The notes under the pieces: generated by a model
Seen by the model: the letters and a program-made list of their open reading frames with translations, nothing else
Database searches by the model: none
What the model was told of the DNA's origin: nothing
Origin: Plasmodiophora brassicae
Taxonomy: Eukaryota
Assembly: GCA_036867785.1 (NCBI GenBank)
Contig: CP145414.1
Coordinates: 62,001-126,000, forward strand
Length of the DNA: 64,000 nucleotides
Direction of reading: 5' to 3'
Shown here: positions 10,700 to 21,915 of the stretch, piece after piece
How positions within the stretch are numbered: the first letter of the stretch is position 1
How the letters are laid out: the number at the start of each line of letters is the position of its first letter
Made by a program: the position numbers and the translations under genes

Positions 10700-13600
10700 G
10701 TGACGTCGTGCGCGAACCTGATGGCATGCATCACGGTACCCGTCGAAGTATGGATGAGCACGTCGCTTCTCGATAGTACCAGGTCGCCGTCGGGTTGGCC
10801 CACACAGTTAACGCCAACCCGAGACTGTTGTGATCCTGGTATTCGATTTCGGGTGTGGGTTAGGAAACAACCGGCATAGTCAACCCTGACAAAGTGCTGG
10901 GTAAATAACTCAAAGAAGGCAATAACCTGGTGCTGTTCTCTTACCGGTTCCTCGCTGTCGCCGACATCACTTGGAACGCTTGTCCGATGTGACGCGCGAA
11001 TCCGTTTGTCGCTGATAACGCGCCGTTCATGGAGTGCATCCACCGCTCCGCGTAGTAATTCCAGGCAAATATCCCTTGACTGGGTCGAACTGTTTAACGA
11101 TATCAGGGATGTGCATTATGCAATGGGCCTATGACCAGCCCTTCAACACAAAGGGAGCACTCGTGAGTAGCATTGTCTTACTGATATGACCATCAGGTCG
11201 CTGGTCCATAATATTGCATCTCAGCGAGAGCGGCGCGAAATTCCACAACGATATTGTCAAGGGCAGAGTTGGGAATTGCCTTTGACAAAAGGAGGTTCAC
11301 GCAGTGAAGAAAGTACAGAATGCCGAGCAGAACCGCCTCCGTGTCAGGCTATACAGGAGAACGGAAGGATTGCACAGAGTGAAGAACACAGCGATACCAA
11401 TATCGCCGATCCAGGACATGGTGTTGTGGCCTTTCCAGCCAGACCTGTTGAAGCAATTCGAAGGTCGATCGCCGTTTCCTAAACTGTACTTTTCAAATAC
11501 GGCGTGATTATGCCACGAATTACTGGATCGCCGATACTGGTATCACTGTGTTCTTCTCTCTGTGCAATCCTTCCGTTATCCGGTATAGCCTGAGACGGAA
11601 GCGGTTCTACGTCGTACAGTCACTTCGACAGAGAGGATCCACTTGCAGTGGCATGATACCGTGTAGGAGAACTTGGAATGTGCCAAGGCGGACAGTCGCT
11701 GCAAGTTCGAATGGAAGACAGTCCGTCCAAAGTATTCCTCAAGCTAATCAAACATGCCACTGCTTCCTCGCGTACACTGCATGCAACCTTACCGGTGGGA
11801 TGTAGAAGTTTCGATGGCCTTTGAAGTTGACGAGATCGGAAACACATGGCACGAAGTTTAGCAGCCGCTCTTTTCCGGGACACGTTCGATGGGTCCCTAA
11901 AGTGGATACGTCTTCTCCACGACCACCAGGTACTCATCGTTGCTTGAGCGCGTCTGCCAGTGTTCTGACATCATCTCAGGGACATGATTTATGTGGAACC
12001 GGCCACAGTGGCAGCGTTGCCCTCACAAGGGCTCTCCAACGCCTGCAACCGCTGTTACGTACGTCGCGGGCATCTACTACAGTGACCGCAAACTGTTTCC
12101 GCATGTCTGGGGTTGTCTACCGAATGGACGTCCCGTTAGACAAAGGTATGAGAGAAGCTTTAAGAAGGCACCCTTGGCAGCAAGGTGGGCGTCGATAAAA
12201 GATGCAATTCGCGACATACCTAATCGTGAGTATTACCGACTTACCTGAACGTTTTTGAATTGCATCCTTTATCGACGCCCACCTTGCTGCCAAGGGTCCC
12301 TCCTTGAAATCTTATCTCACATCTTTGACAACGGGATGTCCATGAGCTAGATAACCCCAGACTTGCGGAAACAGTTTGTGGTCACTACAGTGGATGCCCG
12401 CGACATTACAGCGGTTGCAGGCGTTGGATAGTCCTTGTGAGACAAGGTTACCATTTTAGTCAGTTATACAGAACCATGTCCCTGAGATGATGTCAGAACA
12501 TTGGTAGGCGCGCTCAAGCAACGATGAGTACCTGGTGGACGTGGAGATGTCGTATCCGCTTTACGGACCCATCGGACGCGTCCGGGAAAGGGACCGTAAA
12601 ACTTGAAGCCAATGTTGTGCTTCACAACTTGTAACCTGAAGATTGAATGTAATTCTATTCATACAATCTGAACAGGGATAAAGCATATCAAACCGGTGAT
12701 TTCGCTGACTGACCGGTTTCGGGGAATTGGGCGGCATTAGGCCAATGAGCATGACGAAGCCGCGGTTGCACCGTAGTTTCTGTCTCAATGCGAGATTTAC
12801 GAGCAGCATCGGGATCAAGGACTGGTTCGTCCACTTCGTTACGCGTACGCTATCTATGCCAACAGATGTTGCCATGGGAAAGACGTCTCTCCTGTTGAAC
12901 AGTATCACACGGACGCGTTCATAAGCAGATGAAGTGGATTTACCGATCGCAATCGCTCAGCAAACGTTTCCTGAAAAACGGAAGCATCGCTCCAATCGCT
13001 GTACTTGTGGGATGGGTGCACCTGCGTCCGCATATACTGTTTTAGCTGCTCATTCATGTTTCCCGCCAGGAATCTGCGGCCCCACTGCAAAATGATCTGT
13101 CACAGTCACGAATCTCGGTGAATAGTGCCGGATTATACGCTCCAGAGCGCTGGCCGAATTCCGGTAATCGTCCACCATGGAGACGATGGCACAGCGGGCA
13201 TGATCATCCGGTGAGTCTCATACGAGACTCTTCAACTTCTCAAACTGGAAGCAAACAATTCCTCAGGATACCGAAGAACGCACCGCAACCGTTCCGTGTT
13301 ACCTCAGCGAGAAATTCCCCAACGCACTGCAACTTTGCCTGCCTTGCCGTAGAATGATGCATAACTTGAGACATGCGAGTAAACGCGGCGTCGGACAGGG
13401 AGGTGTTTGGACATCTCGTCGAGGACGATAAAGGTCTGCTACAGACCACTGCTAGGCTTAGCAGAGGGCCTGACAAACCCGGGAATGCGGGCTTTCAGCA
13501 ACGCCGCTAGTGCTTCGGAGCACTCGACAAAGGATTCATCAGCATCGGGCGGAAGGGCTTCCCCGACATCAAAATCGACTGTGGCCAGTTTGGATTCGGC

Positions 13601-14072
13601 ATGATAGGTAGCATGCATCTTGACGGCGCCCGATGATGCATGCTCGGAGTCATACAACGAATCCTCAGGCGTATGATCGACGACAGGCGTGTCGATGATG
13701 GGCATTGGAGACGATGGGCTAGTGCTGTTTGGTGGTAGAGTCTGAGTAGAAGACGAAATGGCCACATCAGTACGTGCAGCCTGCCTGGCACGAAGAGACG
13801 TGGGGTCAGCAGCATGTCGACGCAGCGAGACGACACACGCTCGCTGCGGAAAGTCAGAAGAAGCCGCCGAAACTGGCGAACTATCCCGCGGCGGACCGCA
13901 GGCTTACTGAGGCGTAGACGTCGCACCCGTTGTGTACAATGCAATACGAAATAGGATCTGGCGAAGATATGTCATGATAACGAGAAATCTATTGTTAATC
14001 CTGCTCACGTCGTGGAGCACGGAAGCCTTGTGACGAGAGGTCGATAGTGCGGCGTCCTGGCAGATTCAGTGC
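10700..14072 (-). mobile_element. Decayed CACTA/EnSpm-like transposase region, copy A
   Basis: Fragments SDWSDASVF, TSVGIDSVRVTKWTNQSLIPMLLVNLAL..FVMLIGLMPPNSPKP and QGLSNACNRC resemble CACTA Tnp2-type transposase motifs; many stops and an internal inversion. Confidence 0.6.
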
Positions 14073-14169
14073 GTCCGGCTCGGGAGACGGGATGCTGCGT
14101 GAAGGGCAATCCCCGCTCGCGGTGCACTCGGCCCAGTCAGGCATCGCATTCGCGTACGCGCGCGACATG

Positions 14170-14525
14170 TCATGGCCGCGTGGAAAGCGATGGCCAAGCT
14201 CATTGAGGCCAATGCCACCGCCGACATCGAGGATGGCGTCCTGATTCTGGTCGACGCGTACGTAGCCGCCATCGGGAAACGGACGGAAATCGCACACAGC
14301 GCCGTTAGTGCTGGCGCGTTTGGCGCGACCGGGCATGCCAGCGGCCAACCGTCGCCGCGATCGTGCAGACGTTCTGCACGGCCGCCAGCGCCCGGCCTGC
14401 GCTGACCACGAAACATTCCGTGGGTGACCCCTAGGACATGTCCCTTCCTGCACAACGCCGCGATGCCCCCTGCTGCTGCGACGATCGCATTGCAACGGGT
14501 CATTCGCCACTGTTCGGACATCCAG
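14170..14525 (+). pseudogene. 5' part of USP (peptidase C19)-like gene, copy A, interrupted by the LTR element
   Basis: 14440-14525 matches the reverse complement of ~32215-32300; the reading frame continues at 21916. Confidence 0.5.
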
Positions 14526-14730
14526 TGAGGTCTTTTCCCAGAATAGTGAACTCCTTTAATAGAACTAGCTGGATCACAGGCCATACTGTGCCTGTGTGGT
14601 ATCATGCTAGTAGCCCATGACAGTGTCAACAGAGATGCCAGTGGGGAACAGCGGGTGATGTCATGCAGTGACGTCACCAGAGTCAGGCTGATGTAGGGAA
14701 TGAGCCATACATAGCCGGCCCATTTCTACA
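14526..14730 (-). repeat. 3' LTR
   Basis: Identical by eye to 21711-21915. Confidence 0.95.
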
Positions 14731-15247
14731 CTGCCTTTCTCCGAACTCATGACCGGAATCAGCATGAGACGGGATGACTGATGAGAGATGACTCATGATG
14801 TCCAGCTGGTGATCATGCAGAAGGGTAGTGTGAGACTCGGGTGCAAATGAGCGCCCACTACTCACTAAAAACCACCTTGTAACCCAATGTGGGAGAAATC
14901 GGTGGAAAATCCATTTGCGGACACCCCCAGCATGAATGTCAACAACCGGATTATCTATGCTAGAAGATCAGATAAACATTCCAATTGCGGAACATACCTG
15001 ACGAGGACATCGGCAATGGGGCGCTCAACCCACATGGGAGGAGCCCTTGACCATATACATCTCCGAAGTATCATTCACACCACTCAACGACCGGCACACA
15101 TGTGCGGGCCCCCAGCGCTACAGGAGCCTCAATGAAAAGGACGATGTCCAAATCAGAGTCAATCCCGCGGTGAAGAGGAACTTCGAAGATGCTGCCGAAT
15201 GCCTCGTGATGAAATGTGCCAGAACGGCAATAGCTCAATAGAGCACC

Positions 15248-18035
15248 AATGGCATACTAGCCCACGATAGGAGCGCCATGGATAGATATAGCTCAGATAT
15301 GAGCGAGAATGGCATACTAGCCCACGACCGGGTTCCAGAAAATGCCGTTTTCGGCGACCCAGGTCGCCGTCCGAAGGCCCGGCTGATTCCGAAGGAAGGC
15401 CTGGAGAAGGAATGTCCCTTGACGCAAGAATTGGGCATACCGGAGCGTACGAAGATGAACAGAGCATGAGCGAGAGATGGAAATCAGGCTGGCGTCGGTA
15501 TCGATAGCTACATATCCCGACATGGCCACGGACTGCGATAACTATAGATCTGTTATATAACGCTTGGCGGGGGGGTGGGCGTTATATAACGTTATGTAAC
15601 GTTATATAACGGTTATATAACGGTTATATAACGCCCTTTTTGGAGACGCTTGGAGACCGCCCCGGACAGCCCGGACTGCGCGGAGAGGCCGTGGAAATCC
15701 GGCGGACTCGCATTGACATCTCGAAGCAGACTTGAAGACGCGAATATTGAACGCCAGACTGCAGTGTGTTTCAATTCGTCCCAAATCAAGCGAAAGGTCC
15801 CGGACGCACGCCCGATAGACGGACTCCTCAAGCACCTCATCAGTTTCCACTCCTGACAAAATCTCTGTGGGATCTGCTGCCGGTGGATGCGAAGATGACG
15901 ACGTGATTGATCCTGTCGACGACTTCGAATTTGTAGATGCCTGTGATCGCGAGGTCGACCGCGTAGTGAATCCAAACGAAATTGACGACCACGTGACCTA
16001 CAGCGACTCTGATACCGAGGAAGTGGTCGTAGAATCAGGATGGGTGTGAAACATGACCGGTACACTGTTATTCGTTATAAATGGAATATAACGCGTTATA
16101 TAACGCCTCTGTGACATAACGTTATATAACGCGTTATATAACGCCCGTTATATAACGCCAAAATAACTAACAGATCTATAGCGATAACTGGAGGGACGAT
16201 CACTCACACGGACTGCGCTGGTACTGCCAAAACCAGGCCTCGGACTCCGGGACGGCGTTGCCCCTGAGCTGGTTGTTGACCATACCTCGCGCATCGTGTC
16301 GCATCTGCTGTCTGCGACACGCCAACCTCTATTGGATTATGCAGACTAGTCAGTCTCATGAAGACTGCTTGACGGCACTGAAGGCGGAGTTGGACCGGCT
16401 TGGCTTCGATCGAAATGATTTCGCGGGCTCGCTGAATCGCAATATGCAGTCTGTTGAGGAAGTGTTTGCGATTATCGACCATTTCCTGGAGCGATGGCCG
16501 AAATGTGGGATTGTTGGAATGTACCGTACGAACTGCTCCAACATCTATCCAACGTTGACGTTGTTGAGCTCCCGGTCGTACCCATGTCGAGATCATCGGC
16601 TCATGTCACTGACTCGACGACTGAGACGATGCAACCCGCTGCGGACGCTCTCCGACGTAAGCATGCTGTTGTCGACATTGCGGACTTACCCGCTTGCTCG
16701 ATATCTTGTTCACGTACAAGGCCGCCTTCACATCAACAGGTCTGTTGTCCAGTTGGACAGTGTCGCAGCATGATGCGTCGCGACAGTCTGCAATACCATA
16801 TTGAGTCACAGCATCGCCATGGTCAAGTGGTGAACTCGAAAGGCAAACGGGCATCCAGTTCCACTTCCCAAACCTCGATCTTCAACTTCTTCAAGAAGCC
16901 ACGTTTGGAGAACGAGCCCATCGCGATTGAAAGTGGAGGTATATATTCCTATGTAAGCATGCATGCACGATTTAGTTTCTGATATCATGTAATTTGTAGA
17001 AATTAATGCAGTGCTTGAGGAGAAATCATCTTGCCTGAATGTCCCTGTTGCTAATCCCTCTGCTCGCGTCGGCCGGACTGGATGTGTCTGCTCCAAATTT
17101 GCCGTTCGCCCAGGAATCTGCTGGCTTCTCTTCTGATCGTCATGATTCGTTCTCAAGTGCTAAGCAACCCCCTCATCATCCAGCTACTTCCTCATGTGCT
17201 CGCCAATCTCCTAACTGTCGTGGCTCCTCATCATGTGCTGGCCCATCCTCTGATGGTTCCGCCACTCCTTCCAATCATCCGGCCCTCGGTCTTCCTCATG
17301 GTTCGATGCTGAAAGGGATTTCGCTACGGCGACAATCAAGGGCGGCGTTGCACTTCCCGTTTTACCAGTTATGATTGAGCAACTCGAGACTCTGAGGCTT
17401 CGACTTGTTTCCAAATCGAGAAGTGCCGGGTGGTGCGGGAGCGTCATCCGCGGCCAACCAGGCACCAGTATTCTGAAACATGTCTTTACCGATGAGAATA
17501 TCTACGATGGAATCCCGGATATATTATACTTGCTCCAACACTGCGTTCTGAAGATCGGGAACGAGGCTGTTGTCGAGGGAATGAGGTGCGTCATCAGTCG
17601 CCACGCAGCTGCCGGCCGCCATTTGTCACCTGAGACTGTGGCCGACGAGGCTTTCATTGATTACAATGGCCCGGCGCCCGCAAATGCCGACAGCATTCTC
17701 AGTGACGCCCTCGACATGTACTTCAAGGATAACAAGCACCACTTTTCGCAGACGTCGTTAAAGGGACGGACGTCTCACTTCGCGGTAACAGGTAAAGTGG
17801 TTTCCCGCATGCTTGCCCGTCGGGATTCGAAGATCCCGAATTTGGAGACGTCCAAATAAACTTTACCGAGCATTGCCGGGGTAACGTATGCACTATGGCG
17901 CATACTACAGTCACTTACCCTATTCCGAAGGACCGGCTGGCACCCATCCGAAGGCCGACGATGGGGAATAGCCTTCGGACGGAGGCCGACTCGAAAAGCA
18001 CTTTCTGGAAGCCGGGCCCACGATAGGAGCGCCAT
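15248..18035 (+). mobile_element. Internally deleted hAT-like DNA transposon nested in the retroelement
   Basis: C2H2-type CPVGQC..HIESQH exon; C-terminal EAVVEGMRCVISRH..EAFIDYNGP resembles the hAT dimerisation region; TCCGAAGG motifs cluster at both ends; gcccacgataggagcgccat at 15260 and 18016. Exact ends are uncertain. Confidence 0.55.
15543..16180. mobile_element. Non-autonomous hAT-type MITE (638 bp)
   Basis: 13-bp TIR tatagatctgtta/taacagatctata, 8-bp TSD gcgataac (15535-15542, 16181-16188), many subterminal gttatataac palindromes. Confidence 0.88.
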
Positions 18036-18209
18036 TAAGCGGTTTCCAATATTGGATAACCATGATCATGATCATCGTCGTATTGTTCACAATCGAAGCA
18101 ATACGGTCGCGCCGTCCACGTAATGTACCGACGCTAGGAAGAGCGACTTATACTGAAGTCACCTATGCAACGCAAATTCATGCATTAATGGCGTTCATTG
18201 CCATCATAC

Positions 18210-20180
18210 CTAGTTGCTGCGTCGCTGCTTCCGTCTGGATCCGGTACCTTTGGTGCGCGTCCGTTTCGGCGTCGGCGGTACCAATTGAGATAACGCCTCA
18301 GCATGCTGATGATCGTCGCCAAGTTTGCGAATCAACTCCGGTAGCAACTGGGGAACGTCTTCAGCGATGCGAGCTGCTGGTTCCCATGTCGCTTCCGATA
18401 ATTCGAAGCCGGACCAGGCCACCTGGATCTGGAGCTCATGCGTGTCACGATCCAGACGACAATCGAGGAGATCATCCACCAATAGCTTCTGGTCCGCTTG
18501 CTGCAATTGCTGCTTCAGCTCGACAGTGACGTTCAGGTCTTCGTCGGCGTATCGTCGGATGCGTTGCGTGTGCGCTTCAAACCGACGCGAGGTGAGAATG
18601 TCCTCCAGCTCGTAGACTTGGTCGTTGATCCGTCGAACGACTCGATACGGTCCCCGCCAGTGCGCGGCCAACTTCTGCGCAGGTCCGAGCACAGCCTTCG
18701 CGTTCAGCACATAGTCGCCGGGGATGAATGACTCGGACTGGTACTTCTTCAAACGTCGTGCCCGCTGCTGGACGTTCGCGGCGTGCTGCGCCGCCTTCGC
18801 GTCATCGACCGCCTTGTGCAGCTCGTCCAACGCGACTTGCAACTCTGCCAGGTACGTCACGACCGACTCAGCCGAGACTGGTCGGAACTGATCGGCGGCT
18901 GGATCCCAGATGTGGTCGAGTGGGCTTTCTGGCTGATTGCCGGTGATGACCGTGTACGGTGCGTTACCAGCAAGTCGCTTGCTCGGAGCATGGTTGATTG
19001 CATGTTGTACGACCGGGCACAGGTACTGCCAGTTATGGGTACTTATTTGTGCCTCGCTCAGAATGGATCGCAGCATGTTCAACACCGTTCGGTTAGCTCG
19101 TTCGACTGTCCCATTCGCCCATGGGCAATAAGCAAGAGTGATGTGATGCTGAATCTCGCGTAGTCGCGACAGCTCCTTGATCACCTCCGCCGTGAAGTGG
19201 GATCCACCATCGGTAACCAAGTATTCTGGCGTCTCGAAGTCTGCAATCCACTGATTGATGGCGTCCGCGGCAGCTCGACTGGTTGCGCCCTGGCATGGAA
19301 CCAGGCGCACGTACCCGCTGTAGTCGTCCTTCATGACCAGGATATACTTGTACGGGTGGTCGGTTCCACGAACAGGCTCCACATACAAGTAGTCCATGGC
19401 CATGACCTGGAATGGACGTTGCCCATGAAGTGCTTCTCCCAACGGTCGTGGTACCTTCCTGCCTCCTCTTGTGGTAATGCAGTGGATGCATTGCTGGCAC
19501 ATTTGCTCAACGTCCTTGTCGATGTCAGGCCAGCAGAAACGTGACATAATCGTCTGTTTCGTCACTTCCGAAGCACGATGACCTGCACTTCCACTGTGTC
19601 CAATGATGAGGATGCGCAAGCGTAGACTTCGACATTCAACATGGATCGGGATCAAGGTTGCTCCATCCGTGGATTTCCAAAGGCGATCAGTGTCATCGAA
19701 GAATATACCGTCCTCGATCTTCTCCTCTCGAGTCAGTAGCCTCTGCGAGTCCCTGATCTCTTGTTCCGTCGGCCAACTGAAGTCTGGATGTTTTCTAGGG
19801 GTCGCCCGTAGATTGTCCATCTTGAGCAGACGCGTTGTCCGACACTTCAGCGCGATACGTCCAGACCCCCATCTCGTCAGAAGGTCTGCCCAGACGTTAT
19901 CAACACCAGAGATCTCCCTGATCTCGTAATCGAAGCCTTGAAGATGTAGCGCCCATCGTTGCAGCTTCTGAGCGGTATGCTTCTTCACTTCCGAGTCAGG
20001 ATTGAAGATGTACGTCAGGTTGCGGTGGTCGCAGTAGGTAAGGAATGGTCGGGATGTCTGGAGGAGAAAGTCACCGCGCTCAGTGGCATAGATGATAGCG
20101 GCCGCCTCCTTCTCGACGATTGGCCATCGCAACTCGGAACCGGAGAACCGCTTGCCATAGAATGCAAGAGGCTCGTGCCG
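18210..20180 (-). CDS. Partial Pol: RNase H C-terminal part, integrase (H2C2 + DDE), chromodomain
   Basis: HEPLAFYG..EKEAAAII..CDHRNL; GHSGSAGH..CQQCIHC; MDYLY..TDGGSHF..NGTVER; IQVAWSGFELSEATWEP. Confidence 0.9.
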   Translation of the reverse strand, partial: RHEPLAFYGKRFSGSELRWPIVEKEAAAIIYATERGDFLLQTSRPFLTYCDHRNLTYIFNPDSEVKKHTAQKLQRWALHLQGFDYEIREISGVDNVWADLLTRWGSGRIALKCRTTRLLKMDNLRATPRKHPDFSWPTEQEIRDSQRLLTREEKIEDGIFFDDTDRLWKSTDGATLIPIHVECRSLRLRILIIGHSGSAGHRASEVTKQTIMSRFCWPDIDKDVEQMCQQCIHCITTRGGRKVPRPLGEALHGQRPFQVMAMDYLYVEPVRGTDHPYKYILVMKDDYSGYVRLVPCQGATSRAAADAINQWIADFETPEYLVTDGGSHFTAEVIKELSRLREIQHHITLAYCPWANGTVERANRTVLNMLRSILSEAQISTHNWQYLCPVVQHAINHAPSKRLAGNAPYTVITGNQPESPLDHIWDPAADQFRPVSAESVVTYLAELQVALDELHKAVDDAKAAQHAANVQQRARRLKKYQSESFIPGDYVLNAKAVLGPAQKLAAHWRGPYRVVRRINDQVYELEDILTSRRFEAHTQRIRRYADEDLNVTVELKQQLQQADQKLLVDDLLDCRLDRDTHELQIQVAWSGFELSEATWEPAARIAEDVPQLLPELIRKLGDDHQHAEALSQLVPPTPKRTRTKGTGSRRKQRRSN

Positions 20181-21634
20181 CTTCCCGTCAACGTTGCCAT
20201 GCGCGTAACGATGTACTCCACGTTCTGAATAGAGTCCACATCGACGAGTGCACATCCCGACTGGACCACCCTCGATAGCTGCTGAGCAGGACTAATGCCC
20301 AGAGCTGCCAACAGGTCGTTGCCGATGAGAGTGACTGTGACCGCGTCCGAGATGTAGAACTCCACGTTGAACAAGGTGATCTTGCCCACCGTCGTCTCGA
20401 GTATCGTCATTGGGACTTTCACCATTTGATCGCATGATCCAATTGCTTGATCATCTGCTGCTAGGATCTCCCTCGCCGTCATGGGCTGGAAGATTACCTC
20501 ACGGAGCTGGCTGGCAACAGTGCTTGGCATGATGTTGCCGCCCCGGCAGCCGGAATCGAGTTCATATGGTACACGTACGTCTCCAATGACCATCCACTGT
20601 TGGCCCCCCTCCAATACAGGATAGCGTTGCACCTTCTTCACCTTTATTGGAGGAGGGCCCACTCGGGCATTCGCCTTCACCAAAGTCCTGCACTCTTCCT
20701 CGCTGGGCTTGGTCGGACAGTCGCGTAGCGTGTGGCGACCCTTACAGTGCCAACACGTGGGTGCACGACTGGGCCTGGAGGCGTCAGCTGCGGGTGGAGC
20801 CGCCGCTGATATCGGCTTGCTAGGCTTCGGCGAGGGTGCGACCTTCGCTGGTGCGGGTTCGGATCGATAGCGCTTGACTCGGTCCAGTCGTCCTGCTGGG
20901 GTAGCGCGCCCGGTATCGGGACGGCCTCCGCCTGCGGCGTGTTGCTTGTCATACTGACGAAGCTCGGCGACTGTGCGCTTCGGCGTGTTGCCTAGCGCAT
21001 TCGCCTCGTTCTTATGCGCCAGCAGGAACGCATCCGCCCAACGGTTCGCCTCTGCCTTCACCGCGACGATGTTGCCTTCTCGTGCAGGCTTATCATCAGT
21101 TACCCATCGGCGCAGGTGCTGGCGCAGGCGGAACGGCTGCATCGCGTCGACGAACAGGCTGACGCGCGCCTTCCTGCCCCCCACGCTTGACCGCAGATCA
21201 TAACCCAGGCGGTGCTCGTGCTCGTTGAGCGACTCCAGCACCGACTGGATCATGTCTCGCAAGGTGGCCAGGTTGACGTTCATGTAAACATGGCTCGCCA
21301 ACCTGTCCGCCATCTCGTACGGCTGCAGTCCATGGCCGTCCCGCAAGTCGTTGATCGTGTCGACCATCCACTGCTTCAGAGTGGTCTCCGTCAGATCGTC
21401 TACGGAGGCCAGCTCTAGTTCGTCCAACGCGATCAGCTTCAATTGCGCGGCCGTGAAGCAGTGGACGACCGACTGCGGCTTGACCCTCTGGCTCGCAGGA
21501 CGCTGCCGTTCCCGATCGGTAACGACAGCACAGTACTTGTCGTACTGTTCCTGCAGCCGCTGGATCGACGGCGCATCGAGCTTCTTCGTGCTCGGTAGCA
21601 TGAACGCGTCGCGCACTGGTGTGTTGACCGCCAT
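20015..21634 (-). CDS. Gag (CCHC knuckle) - aspartic protease
   Basis: CWHCKGRHTLRDC zinc knuckle; LDSG active site; LIGNDLL. Confidence 0.88.
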   Translation of the reverse strand: MAVNTPVRDAFMLPSTKKLDAPSIQRLQEQYDKYCAVVTDRERQRPASQRVKPQSVVHCFTAAQLKLIALDELELASVDDLTETTLKQWMVDTINDLRDGHGLQPYEMADRLASHVYMNVNLATLRDMIQSVLESLNEHEHRLGYDLRSSVGGRKARVSLFVDAMQPFRLRQHLRRWVTDDKPAREGNIVAVKAEANRWADAFLLAHKNEANALGNTPKRTVAELRQYDKQHAAGGGRPDTGRATPAGRLDRVKRYRSEPAPAKVAPSPKPSKPISAAAPPAADASRPSRAPTCWHCKGRHTLRDCPTKPSEEECRTLVKANARVGPPPIKVKKVQRYPVLEGGQQWMVIGDVRVPYELDSGCRGGNIMPSTVASQLREVIFQPMTAREILAADDQAIGSCDQMVKVPMTILETTVGKITLFNVEFYISDAVTVTLIGNDLLAALGISPAQQLSRVVQSGCALVDVDSIQNVEYIVTRMATLTGSGTSLLHSMASGSPVPSCDGQSSRRRRPLSSMPLSAVTFSSRHPDHSLPTATTAT

Positions 21635-21710
21635 GCCGATAGTGGCTTATGTGCAACGTGGGTAGAAGTCTCGTAGTAATGCTAAGGTCGAGAACCACTA
21701 AAGCTAGCTT

Positions 21711-21915
21711 TGAGGTCTTTTCCCAGAATAGTGAACTCCTTTAATAGAACTAGCTGGATCACAGGCCATACTGTGCCTGTGTGGTATCATGCTAGTAGCC
21801 CATGACAGTGTCAACAGAGATGCCAGTGGGGAACAGCGGGTGATGTCATGCAGTGACGTCACCAGAGTCAGGCTGATGTAGGGAATGAGCCATACATAGC
21901 CGGCCCATTTCTACA
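21711..21915 (-). repeat. 5' LTR
   Basis: Identical by eye to 14526-14730; lies upstream of gag. Confidence 0.95.

Larger units (their letters stand above)
14526..21915 (-). mobile_element. Ty3/Gypsy chromovirus-type LTR retrotransposon lacking RT, with nested DNA elements
   Basis: Two 205-bp LTRs (TGTAG...CTCA on -), 4-bp TSD CCAG (14522-14525, 21916-21919), purine tract gagttcggagaaaggcag beside the 3' LTR, gag-PR and RH-IN-chromo ORFs. Confidence 0.93.
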
